A stretch of 11,945 bases of DNA from Candidatus Thorarchaeota archaeon (GTDB lineage: Archaea > Asgardarchaeota > Thorarchaeia > Thorarchaeales > Thorarchaeaceae), in NCBI GenBank assembly GCA_016840855.1, contig JAEORO010000120.1:1-11945 (forward strand), given 5' to 3'. The position numbers were made by a program, and so were the translations under genes. This document shows, one piece after another, positions 1 to 7,829 of the stretch. The notes under the pieces were generated by a model. It was given only the letters and a program-made list of their open reading frames with translations. It did no database searches and was not told where the DNA came from. Positions within the stretch are counted from its first letter, which is position 1. Every line of letters begins with the position of its first letter.

Positions 1-137
1 AAAAAGAATCTGAACAAGCTCATCAGTTATAGAGTAGGTCGAGGGGAACTAATAACACGCCTACTGAATTTGAGTTGCAAGCAGTATCTCATTTATTACT
101 GAATTGGCATTAATCAGAATTGATTTGAAAAAGAAAG

Positions 138-971
138 ATGGGGCATTATAGAATGAAAAAGAGCCCAAAACAACGAACCACATTAAAGGACAGAGTACGC
201 AGAATTCTCAAGACAAACAAACTCTGTCAAATTGCATTTGAAGAATTAGAGAATGATATCGAAGTACAGACCATGCTTGAGGACAGCAATCGCATGGCAA
301 TCGACCGGATGGGATACTCTGACCATGGTCACACGCACTCTTTGATTGTAACAATGAACGGGGTACGACTACTCAGACAATTGAACAAAGGGCTTCAACC
401 TACGATAGTCCAAGAGGAAACTGGCGATGCAAACGACTCTGAACTTGTTGTTATGCTTGGCTGTTATCTTCATGATATTGGTATGGTGGTTGGACGTACC
501 AATCATGATGAGTTCTCAGTGGTACTGGCCCTCCCAATAATTGATCGAATTCTAACTAAGGTGTATCCGAATGACAGGCATAAACAAGTACACATCAGAA
601 ATCATCTTCTACACGCAATATATTGTCACGATAGGGTTGCTATGCCCCTTACTGTTGAAGCTGGAGTTGTAGGTATCGCTGACGCGCTGGATATGACAAA
701 AGGTCGAGCAAGAATTCCGTTTGAAGCCGGACGAGTCAATATACACAGCACTAGTGCTCTCGCAATCGAAAACGTCAGAATTCGCAAAGGCGAACAAAAA
801 ACAGTCCGGATAGAAGTGACAATGAACAATGCATCTGGAATCTTTCAGATACAGGAACTCCTTGAGGAAAAGATTCGAAATGCGAAATCACTGATTGACC
901 ATATTGAGCTATATGCCATCATGTCGCCCCGAGAAGATACCATCATAAAAGAAGAACTTCGTGTACTTTAG
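138..971 (+). CDS. HD-superfamily metal-dependent phosphohydrolase (COG3294-like)
   Basis: 277-aa ORF with HD-family metal motifs DHGHTHS, YLHDIG, HAIYCHD and GIADALD. The start may instead be the ATG at 153 (MKKSPK). Confidence 0.85.
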   Translation: MGHYRMKKSPKQRTTLKDRVRRILKTNKLCQIAFEELENDIEVQTMLEDSNRMAIDRMGYSDHGHTHSLIVTMNGVRLLRQLNKGLQPTIVQEETGDANDSELVVMLGCYLHDIGMVVGRTNHDEFSVVLALPIIDRILTKVYPNDRHKQVHIRNHLLHAIYCHDRVAMPLTVEAGVVGIADALDMTKGRARIPFEAGRVNIHSTSALAIENVRIRKGEQKTVRIEVTMNNASGIFQIQELLEEKIRNAKSLIDHIELYAIMSPREDTIIKEELRVL

Positions 972-1038
972 ACCTAATTTGTTTGGTTCACTAAACTTAC
1001 TCGACATTGTGTCTAACGAGTTCACACACAACACACAA

Positions 1039-1060
1039 TATATATGTACGATTTCGAACA
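1039..1060 (+). promoter_or_regulatory. Putative TATA box and adjacent imperfect palindrome upstream of the Lrp gene
   Basis: TATATAT at 1039-1045, about 40 nt before ATG 1084, followed by TGTaCGA-TT-TCGaACA at 1045-1060. Confidence 0.45.
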
Positions 1061-1083
1061 CTCGTGACGTTTCATACAAGAAT

Positions 1084-1542
1084 ATGAAAAAGAAGCGTGG
1101 GAAAATGCGGCTTGACCCTATTGACTCTCAGATAATAACAATGCTCCAGAATGATGGTCGTCGGTCCTTTAGTGAGATTGCGGATGCTGTGGGAAGAACT
1201 GAAGTCACCATTCGACGACGAGTTAAGAGGCTCATTGATGAAGGATATATCAAGCGTTTTACAGTAGTACTGGACCCTTTAAAGATTGGACGGAAAATAC
1301 GTGCAGTCATCCGTGTCAAGACCGCGATGAAAGAAGCAGCAGTGATTTCCAAGAAACTCAGGGAATTTCAAGAAGTCAATGAAGCTTATTTTCTGGACGG
1401 AGCTTGTGGTCTGATGATTATGGTGACCGTGGATGATCTCACCGAATTAAAGGCGTTTCTTGAAACTCGTCTCGGACGTATCCCTGGTGTTGGCGATGCT
1501 GAAACCTGTATCGTACTCGAAGAGATCAAATCAGCTTTCTAA
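1084..1542 (+). CDS. Lrp/AsnC family transcriptional regulator
   Basis: N-terminal HTH LDPIDSQIITMLQNDGRRSFSEIADAVGRTEVTIRRRVKRLIDEGYIKRFTVVLDP, then a RAM-type C-terminal domain. The ORF-track start at 961 overlaps the upstream gene and promoter; the real start is ATG 1084 or 1105. Confidence 0.93.
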   Translation: MKKKRGKMRLDPIDSQIITMLQNDGRRSFSEIADAVGRTEVTIRRRVKRLIDEGYIKRFTVVLDPLKIGRKIRAVIRVKTAMKEAAVISKKLREFQEVNEAYFLDGACGLMIMVTVDDLTELKAFLETRLGRIPGVGDAETCIVLEEIKSAF

Positions 1543-1560
1543 ACTACTGGAGGTCTTCTG

Positions 1561-1977
1561 ATGCAGTATATACTGCATCTCTCTAGCATACATTTAGATC
1601 ATCTTCATCAACACGCTGAAACCAGTCTTCCCTTAGAAGCAGCAGCACTTCTTTTTGGTAGAGTGTCAAATCAATCAATCATTGTCAACCGCATTGAGCT
1701 GATGCATAATGAGGCATCTTCCAGCACAATCTCATTCTTGATCAATCCTGAGGAACAATATCGTCTCCTAGTTGAAGCGGAATCAAACGATGAAGATCTT
1801 GTAGGGATTTTTCACTCACATCCAGCGCCTCCATATCCCTCAAGAAAAGATCAGCAAAACATGAAGCTTAATCCTGTAGTTTGGCTTATAGCATCAAAAA
1901 ACAGTGGTAGTTGGGTGAGTAAAGCATTTCTGTTAGAGAATGAGCACATCAAAGAAATTGAAATTTACCATATCTAA
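1561..1977 (+). CDS. JAMM/MPN+ (M67, Mov34) zinc metalloprotease, desampylase-like
   Basis: Catalytic Glu in PLEAAALLFG plus FHSHPAPPYPSRKD (HxH...SxxD). SD GGAGGT at 1549-1554. Confidence 0.9.
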   Translation: MQYILHLSSIHLDHLHQHAETSLPLEAAALLFGRVSNQSIIVNRIELMHNEASSSTISFLINPEEQYRLLVEAESNDEDLVGIFHSHPAPPYPSRKDQQNMKLNPVVWLIASKNSGSWVSKAFLLENEHIKEIEIYHI

Positions 1978-1984
1978 TCGATCA

Positions 1985-2293
1985 TCATTTTTTGAGACCT
2001 TTGATAGTACCAGAGGTCTTCTTTGGTTCAAACAAGACTTGATTTTTTCCGATTGTACCAATCAAAACAGCTGAAGTGATAACATTGTCAAGTGATGAAG
2101 ATGTGCATTGCAGGATTCCCGCTCCTGTTTCACCATCAAACTCCATAAGATAGAACTTCGAATCTGCAGTAAAAACTTCACCAAACAGTGACAACATATT
2201 TTCCCAGATTGCTGCTCCAAGCTGCTTGTCGTTCAATTTAGCATCCTCTGAATGCAAATAAAATGATAGATATCTTCTACGTGTCTTATTCAA
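1985..2293 (-). CDS. rnp2: Ribonuclease P protein component 2 (Rpp14/Pop5)
   Basis: RRRYLSF N-terminus, SLFGE, GILQC and C-terminal TSGTIKGL are typical of Pop5. TTG start with SD GGAGGA (2301-2306, minus strand). Lies directly after Rpp30, as in the conserved archaeal gene order. Confidence 0.88.
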   Translation of the reverse strand: MNKTRRRYLSFYLHSEDAKLNDKQLGAAIWENMLSLFGEVFTADSKFYLMEFDGETGAGILQCTSSSLDNVITSAVLIGTIGKNQVLFEPKKTSGTIKGLKK

Positions 2294-2296
2294 CTT

Positions 2297-2977
2297 TCAA
2301 TCCTCCAGAAGAACCTTCACTCCATCTGCCACGTAACCTGAACTAAATCTTCTACGATTCCTTTCAACGATTTCCTGTGATGCCTGCTTAACTGCATTTT
2401 CTGCATATTTTGGTTCCATGCCCAATAACTCACAGATATGTCGCATTGATACGGGCGATCGCAGTTGCAAAGGTTGCTTAGCGCCACTAGAGAGAATGAC
2501 CTGCATTCCTGCATCAATTGCAGTCCTAACAGTTTCGCGGTAAACCTTAATGACCTTTGAGCGATTTAATCCAGCTAGACGAAGTAATGGTTCAAATCTG
2601 ATTTCAAGAGCAGTATCAGACGCGGCTGCAAGACGCGCTGTTGTTTCGCGAAACCGATACTCTAGTGAATAATCTACTGTAATCAAATCCACTCTTTGAT
2701 CTTCAGCCGCCCAATTTGCTAGGTCAATTGAGTTAAGCCTAACAGATACAATCATTACATCCTTCCTAACACTGTCAACCTGTTTTCTTACTATTTTGAG
2801 GTTTTTTCCAAAAATATCCGCTCTCCTCAGAACAGAGAAACCACTCTGTAATAGATGGTCTGGCTCTCCTTCGATATTGTGAGTTGCTAGACCTGTGAAA
2901 CCTATATTCCTAGCCATCTGTACGAAAGACTCTAACTGCGTCGAGTCTGACATGCATACTCCGATGTCAATGACCAT
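2297..2977 (-). CDS. rnp3: Ribonuclease P protein component 3 (Rpp30)
   Basis: WAAEDQRVDLI, LAAASDTALEIRF and VILSSGAKQPLQLRSP match the RNase_P_p30 pattern. Its start overlaps the upstream stop (TAATG). Confidence 0.9.
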   Translation of the reverse strand: MVIDIGVCMSDSTQLESFVQMARNIGFTGLATHNIEGEPDHLLQSGFSVLRRADIFGKNLKIVRKQVDSVRKDVMIVSVRLNSIDLANWAAEDQRVDLITVDYSLEYRFRETTARLAAASDTALEIRFEPLLRLAGLNRSKVIKVYRETVRTAIDAGMQVILSSGAKQPLQLRSPVSMRHICELLGMEPKYAENAVKQASQEIVERNRRRFSSGYVADGVKVLLED

Positions 2978-3441
2978 TAAGAACCACCACCAGCTGCACG
3001 AAGACGGCTTTCCAGCATTGCTATCACTTCTTCCAGCCTACATCTTGGGTATTGTCGTATATGCACTTGGACGCTAATAACATCCGCTTCTCTTGCTAAA
3101 ACAATATCATCTAAGAACGCAGCCTGCTTATCAATTCTGATGAAGAAAAGGCAATCTTGATCTAATCTGCGTGACAATGAGTTGAGAAGACGTTCACGGT
3201 CTCTTTCATCAAACCTTCCGAAGATATAGTCCAGAGTATTCTCACAGCCTACCTTGTTTTTTAGTTCAGACGCAACAACTTGGATTTCATAACCTGAATG
3301 TCCTGCAGTTCTCGATATATCAAACTCTACAATGTCACGATACTTTTCCGGATATAGATTTAGAACTGCCACAACAACTCTATCTAATACCTCTGTAGCC
3401 CGGGAGTATGCTCGAGTCTCAATTCTCGCCACGAAAGACAC
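2977..3441 (-). CDS. Predicted RNA-binding protein (DUF54/COG1325, exosome-operon associated)
   Basis: RATEVLDRV, GHSGYEI and FFIRIDKQAA match the family pattern (HATED...G(H)GN.I...RxDKQ). Conserved position between rpl15e and rnp3. GTG start. Confidence 0.85.
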   Translation of the reverse strand: MSFVARIETRAYSRATEVLDRVVVAVLNLYPEKYRDIVEFDISRTAGHSGYEIQVVASELKNKVGCENTLDYIFGRFDERDRERLLNSLSRRLDQDCLFFIRIDKQAAFLDDIVLAREADVISVQVHIRQYPRCRLEEVIAMLESRLRAAGGGS

Positions 3442-3469
3442 GATGAACCCCCCAGTCAGGGAGTCTTGT

Positions 3470-4054
3470 CTATTTACCTAGATTCCCTTTGGCACCAAGA
3501 GATGGTCTTATCTTCTCAGCGCCCTTTCCCTTATTCCGTAGACCTCTGCTCCTTTTTCCTGCAGATGTCAATCCTCTATTCTCCCTGCCCTTCTGAACAG
3601 GATCGCAAATCCAATTGATGTTTGGATCATTGTAGATTACAGGATGACTCGGATCCACTAGGATGACTTCATGCCAGACCCACTTGTGGTCTGATCCAAC
3701 CCAGTAGGAATTTAGGACTCTAAGATTAGGGAACTTTCTTCCAGCACGCTCCTCAGCAATCCAGCGTCGTGATTTTTGAGGTGTATACCTCACAACACCC
3801 AAACTTCTAGGCTTACGACCCATTCTTGGTCTAGGTTTCTCACGAGGACCACGGCCTGTTTTAATTCGGACAACTACATATCCTTGTTTTGCCTTGTAGC
3901 CCAAAGAACGAGCTCTTCCAAGACGCGATGGACGTTCAAGTCTTACGATATTACCTTGCTTTCTCCAAACAAGCAGTCTGCCTTTAATCAAGTCAGAACG
4001 CGCTTTCTGTTCCTGTAACCAAGTTTCATTCATACGTTCGTATGCCGTTGGCAT
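3470..4054 (-). CDS. rpl15e: 50S ribosomal protein eL15
   Basis: RARSLGYKAKQGYVVVR, AEERAGRKFPNLRVLNSYWVGSD, EVILVDPSHP and RGLTSAGKRSRGL are diagnostic. Confidence 0.99.
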   Translation of the reverse strand: MPTAYERMNETWLQEQKARSDLIKGRLLVWRKQGNIVRLERPSRLGRARSLGYKAKQGYVVVRIKTGRGPREKPRPRMGRKPRSLGVVRYTPQKSRRWIAEERAGRKFPNLRVLNSYWVGSDHKWVWHEVILVDPSHPVIYNDPNINWICDPVQKGRENRGLTSAGKRSRGLRNKGKGAEKIRPSLGAKGNLGK

Positions 4055-4088
4055 TGTGAAATCCCATCCTTTGCTGTGATTATATTCG

Positions 4089-4150
4089 CTTTGTTTGTGG
4101 TTCAGCCTTTATAGGCCACATCCCGTGCGGACGTATCCGCCAACACAAAG
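4089..4150 (-). ncRNA. Structured 5' leader of rpl15e, eL15 ribosomal-leader-like
   Basis: Minus strand reads CUUUGU-GUUG-[GCGGA UACG UCCGC]-AC-GGGAUGUG-[GCCU AUAA AGGC]-UGAACC-ACAA-ACAAAG: an enclosing stem plus two hairpins. The GGGAUGUGG...CUGAACC blocks resemble what I recall upstream of euryarchaeal rpl15e genes. Confidence 0.65.
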
Positions 4151-4204
4151 GAAATGGTATGACTCTGAAATACAGTCTAGAGTCAAGTGGTCACCTTAGT
4201 CATT

Positions 4205-4212
4205 TACTTAAA
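4205..4212 (-). promoter_or_regulatory. Putative TATA box of the rpl15e operon
   Basis: TTTAAGTA on the minus strand, implying a start near 4180 and a ~125-nt 5' UTR. Confidence 0.45.
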
Positions 4213-4237
4213 GGTGTACCGCTCTGACTCTTTGTAC

Positions 4238-5149
4238 CTATTTTAGTCCCTCTATGACTTTGTCTGCAGTCAACTCACCAACTCGTTCTTGAGCCTCTTT
4301 TGTAGAGGAGGCAAGATGTGGAGTCGCGACAAGGCGTGGCTGTTTGACAAGTTCCCATTCGAGTGGTGGCTCATTCTCAAAGACATCCAAGGCTGCCCCA
4401 GCAATCTGTTCCTCTTTTAGTGCCTTGAGGAGAGCTTTTTCGTCAACAACACCGCCGCGAGAAGTATTGATGATGAAAGCAGTCTTTTTCATAAGAGCGA
4501 ACTCATCCAACCCAATCATCCCTTTTGTTTGGGGAAGAAGAGGTACATGCAGAGAAATGTAGTCTGAACTCTTTAGTAGACTCTTGAGATCGGTTTTCTT
4601 CGCCCCAGTCTTCTTGCAGAGTTCGTCTATATTCACCACATCGTACGCCAAGACTTCCATATCAAGTGCTCTTGCTCTCTTTGCAACCTCATACCCAATT
4701 CTACCAAAACCTATAATTCCTAAGGTCTTTTTCCAGAGCTCAGTACCTGTGAGTATTTTCTTTTCCCATCGCTCCTCTTTCATATATTTATCAGCTTGAG
4801 TGACACTCCGAGCCATTGCAAACATCATCGCAAAAACCATCTCAGCTACAGAAACAGTCGGAGCCTCTGGTGTATTCTGGACTTCAATTCCATGCTCGTC
4901 AGCTGCGACCTTGTCAACATTATCAAGACCAACCCCTGCTCGGACAATTAGCTTCAGCTTGTCAGCGGCCTCAATGACTTCTCTTGTTATCTTTGTGGCA
5001 CTCCTAACGACGACGCAATCAAAGCCCTTAATCTGTGCCTCAATTGGTCCATCCTTATCCTTATTTCTCACTACAACTTCGAGTCCTGCTGCTTTTATCC
5101 TAGCCATAGCTGACTCTTCAATCGGATCTGCTAAAAGTACACGTCTCAT
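4238..5149 (-). CDS. D-isomer-specific 2-hydroxyacid dehydrogenase, D-3-phosphoglycerate dehydrogenase (SerA)-like, no ACT domain
   Basis: RAGVGLDNVD, Rossmann GIIGFGRIG, INTSRGGVVDE, ALDVFENEP and TPHLASST, with the catalytic Arg/Glu/His present. Likely start is ATG 5149 (MRRVLLADPI; 303 aa), not 5383. Substrate is not determinable. Confidence 0.9.
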   Translation of the reverse strand: MRRVLLADPIEESAMARIKAAGLEVVVRNKDKDGPIEAQIKGFDCVVVRSATKITREVIEAADKLKLIVRAGVGLDNVDKVAADEHGIEVQNTPEAPTVSVAEMVFAMMFAMARSVTQADKYMKEERWEKKILTGTELWKKTLGIIGFGRIGYEVAKRARALDMEVLAYDVVNIDELCKKTGAKKTDLKSLLKSSDYISLHVPLLPQTKGMIGLDEFALMKKTAFIINTSRGGVVDEKALLKALKEEQIAGAALDVFENEPPLEWELVKQPRLVATPHLASSTKEAQERVGELTADKVIEGLK

Positions 5150-5252
5150 AGGAACAACCCTCTGGATTATTCTGAGGGCAGTGCGAATCTCACTTAGTCT
5201 TAAATCAAACGGCCCCGACATTTTCTTAACATGGTTGAAGTACTGCATATGT

Positions 5253-5789
5253 ATGAAACGACAAATGAATCCGGGAACTGCAATCGTTCCTTGTCCTGTG
5301 GTACTTCTAAGCGTCGCTGGAGAAGATAAACCCAATATTATCACACTATCATGGGTCGCAAATGTTTGTAGTAAACCTCCCACTATTGTTGCGGGTATTA
5401 GACCTGAAAGGTATAGCTACAAACTTGTCAAAGAAGCAGGAGAATTCTCCCTGAATATTCCAGCATCAAATCAGATTGATGGCACAGAATTTGCTGGGAC
5501 TAAATCTGGTCGAGACCATAATAAGTTTACAGAGGGTGGATTTACTCCCGAACCTGCTATCAAGATCAAGGCGCCTCTAATCAAAGAGTGTCCAATAAAC
5601 ATCGAATGCAAGACCACTCAGATTATCCCCTTGGGTGCACATCATCTCTTTGTGGCTGAAGTGGTCGCAGTTCATATTGATGAGTCAACCCTTGATGAGA
5701 AGGGAAAATTTGACGCTTCAAAGACATCTTTGTTCACGTACTTGCCATTGAATGGACAGTATTGGGCTCTTGGAAAAGAAATCCCGTAG
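5253..5789 (+). CDS. Flavin reductase-like FMN-binding protein (flavoredoxin/COG1853 family)
   Basis: PCPVVLLS, NIITLSW, GEFSLNIP, GTKSGRDHNKF, APLIKECPINIEC and GAHHLFVAEV. Likely start is ATG 5253 (178 aa); the ORF-track extension to 4800 is antisense to the dehydrogenase. Confidence 0.9.
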   Translation: MKRQMNPGTAIVPCPVVLLSVAGEDKPNIITLSWVANVCSKPPTIVAGIRPERYSYKLVKEAGEFSLNIPASNQIDGTEFAGTKSGRDHNKFTEGGFTPEPAIKIKAPLIKECPINIECKTTQIIPLGAHHLFVAEVVAVHIDESTLDEKGKFDASKTSLFTYLPLNGQYWALGKEIP

Positions 5790-5806
5790 AATCCGTTTAG
5801 AACACT

Positions 5807-6229
5807 CTATTGATTTAGAATCCCAACAGGTTCCTCATCCTCATATTGACTAGGTGGCTTGAGATACTTCACTGAATAGTAGGAGTTCGATTTTGCAATA
5901 ATCCAGGCGCCTGTAGGAATGTGAGACTCTTTCAAAAAGATGTCAAAAGTTATTCCTGGAAACTCTACGACTATCGGATTGTGTCCCAATAAGACAAATA
6001 ATCCTGTAGCTTCCTGAGCCATTTCTAATGTATCCAATCGTGCTAACACTGGTACCCAGTCTTCTCCATCCCATTTCAGAAATGGCCAAGATCTTCTCGG
6101 AGGCCACTCCCCCTTACTAACAAGAATATATTCATTATCAAGGCGTTTGTAAATTGTGGGGAAGTGGCCACATTTGGCAAGAAATCCGCCAGCATCTTTA
6201 GCATCATTAAGGGTTGTGAAAATCTCCAA
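5807..6229 (-). CDS. Hypothetical protein with an internal two-fold ~61-aa repeat
   Basis: 140-aa ORF, TTG start, strong SD AGGTGAT (6235-6241) 5 nt upstream. Residues 4-52 align without gaps to 65-113. Confidence 0.78.
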   Translation of the reverse strand: MEIFTTLNDAKDAGGFLAKCGHFPTIYKRLDNEYILVSKGEWPPRRSWPFLKWDGEDWVPVLARLDTLEMAQEATGLFVLLGHNPIVVEFPGITFDIFLKESHIPTGAWIIAKSNSYYSVKYLKPPSQYEDEEPVGILNQ

Positions 6230-6432
6230 AGACTATCACCTATCGCAGCTTTTCTTTCAAGTCCATATTCAGGCTGGTAACTGAGAGTAGACACTATGTC
6301 CGTATAGCGCGGATTGGACCTGTGACATGACGAATCGGTATCAATACATTAATTGCCTTTTACAAAGATTTGACGAGTATATATTGCGTTGAAGAGAACA
6401 ATAATTGTTAGTTGTTGCTTCTTATCAAGAGG

Positions 6433-7650
6433 TCACTTGGACCCCTTTGCACTCACAATCTTGATGACATCTCTATCTTTCAGTTCATGCTTGTCACTTA
6501 TCCTCATTTTTGTCCGAGCATCTATTCCATGAATGAAAGACTCCATCAGGTCGGTGTGAATGTATCCTGCAAACTCCTTTGCTGTTGTGCCTTTTGGAAC
6601 TAGGTACACATCGGGAAGCACATTGCCATCACTATCAGCAAGTGAATTTGCATCATGAACTGGGTATATAGTAATCATGTTCAGATAATCAAACACAGCA
6701 CGATTTAGCAGGTTTTGCACTCCTGAACCACCATATTTCTTAAGGATATGTTCTCTAATCTTCTCTAATTGCTCAAGCTCTGTTTCCTTCAAACTCTCAG
6801 GGTGTAAAATCTCGAAGTCGTCATCTCCAGGTATGTACTTGATAACTCTCTTCTTTTCAAGGTCTTTCAATACCTTCTCTGTGAGAGCACTAACAGGTAC
6901 TACGAGATAGTCTGGAAATTCCTCTTGCAAGCGCTTGAAATTAGCTTCAGCATTTGGCCTGTCAATCTTATTTGCGGCAATGATAATGGGTTTCGCAATC
7001 TTTCGTAGCATGCCTACAAATTCCTTTGTTTCTTCATCGGTCCATTTATCAACAGTTTCCGCTTTTAGATTCGAGTCACGCACCGCCCGCAGAATCTGTC
7101 CTCTTGTTATTTTCAAACCTGATAGTTTTTCGAGTAGCAAATCTTCAAGCTTGGCTCCTTCGGATCTTATACGACCAGTAATTCGCCGCCAATCCTTCTG
7201 AATTATACCCATCATCCACTCAACTAGTTCCTCTTCAAGGAACTTCACATCGTAAATCGGGTCGTAACTTCCTGCAGCAACTTCTTGACCTTCTGCATCA
7301 AGTCCTCCGCTTGCATCAACGATGTGAATGAGGACATCTGCCTGTCTGAGATCATCAAGAAACTGATTTCCCATCCCTCGACCTTCGTGCGCTCCAGGTA
7401 CAAGCCCTGCAACGTCAATCAGCTTTATTGGAACTAGCCTAACCCGATCTATACAGATTGAATTCTGTGGATTGTCCTTCACCTCAAAATCAGCACATGC
7501 ACATCGAGTACGAACATGTGTGACTCCAACATTTGCCTCTATTGTTGTAAAAGGATAACTCCCTTCCTTGAAATTAGTCATGCACGCTGCATTTGTAAAC
7601 GAAGTTTTCCCGCATGAGGGTTTACCAACTATCCCAACACTGAATCCCAT
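6433..7650 (-). CDS. ychF: Obg-family P-loop NTPase, archaeal YchF/Ygr210 type, with C-terminal TGS domain
   Basis: G1 GKPSCGKT, G2 YPFTTIEAN, G3 DVAGL, GMGNQFL, G4 ANKID, and C-terminal TGS (GTTAKEFAGYIHTDL...LKDRDVIKI). Confidence 0.95.
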   Translation of the reverse strand: MGFSVGIVGKPSCGKTSFTNAACMTNFKEGSYPFTTIEANVGVTHVRTRCACADFEVKDNPQNSICIDRVRLVPIKLIDVAGLVPGAHEGRGMGNQFLDDLRQADVLIHIVDASGGLDAEGQEVAAGSYDPIYDVKFLEEELVEWMMGIIQKDWRRITGRIRSEGAKLEDLLLEKLSGLKITRGQILRAVRDSNLKAETVDKWTDEETKEFVGMLRKIAKPIIIAANKIDRPNAEANFKRLQEEFPDYLVVPVSALTEKVLKDLEKKRVIKYIPGDDDFEILHPESLKETELEQLEKIREHILKKYGGSGVQNLLNRAVFDYLNMITIYPVHDANSLADSDGNVLPDVYLVPKGTTAKEFAGYIHTDLMESFIHGIDARTKMRISDKHELKDRDVIKIVSAKGSK

Positions 7651-7829
7651 GACAAAACTCTCCGCTGCTAGTGATTCTATACCATTACCAAAAGATAAAC
7701 ACTTCAGTTTATCATGTCGACTGGAAAGGACATATCACTGAAATGCGCATTTGAACAATTAATACACCTATATTCCGATTCTTACAAACGGTAATAAGAA
7801 ACCTCTTCCCTATCTATGTGGGGATTGAA

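Noticed and set aside
1-137. Possible 3' end of an upstream gene
   Set aside because: Several short frames are possible (for example KESEQAHQL*), and none is recognisable enough to call.
961-1083. N-terminal extension of the Lrp ORF from GTG 961
   Set aside because: It overlaps the HD gene stop and the TATA box, and the Lrp homology starts near 1105.
4800-5383. Apparent 584-bp antiparallel overlap of the dehydrogenase and flavin reductase ORFs
   Set aside because: Family motifs begin at ATG 5149 (-) and ATG 5253 (+), leaving an ordinary 103-bp divergent promoter. The extensions are shadows of the opposite gene.
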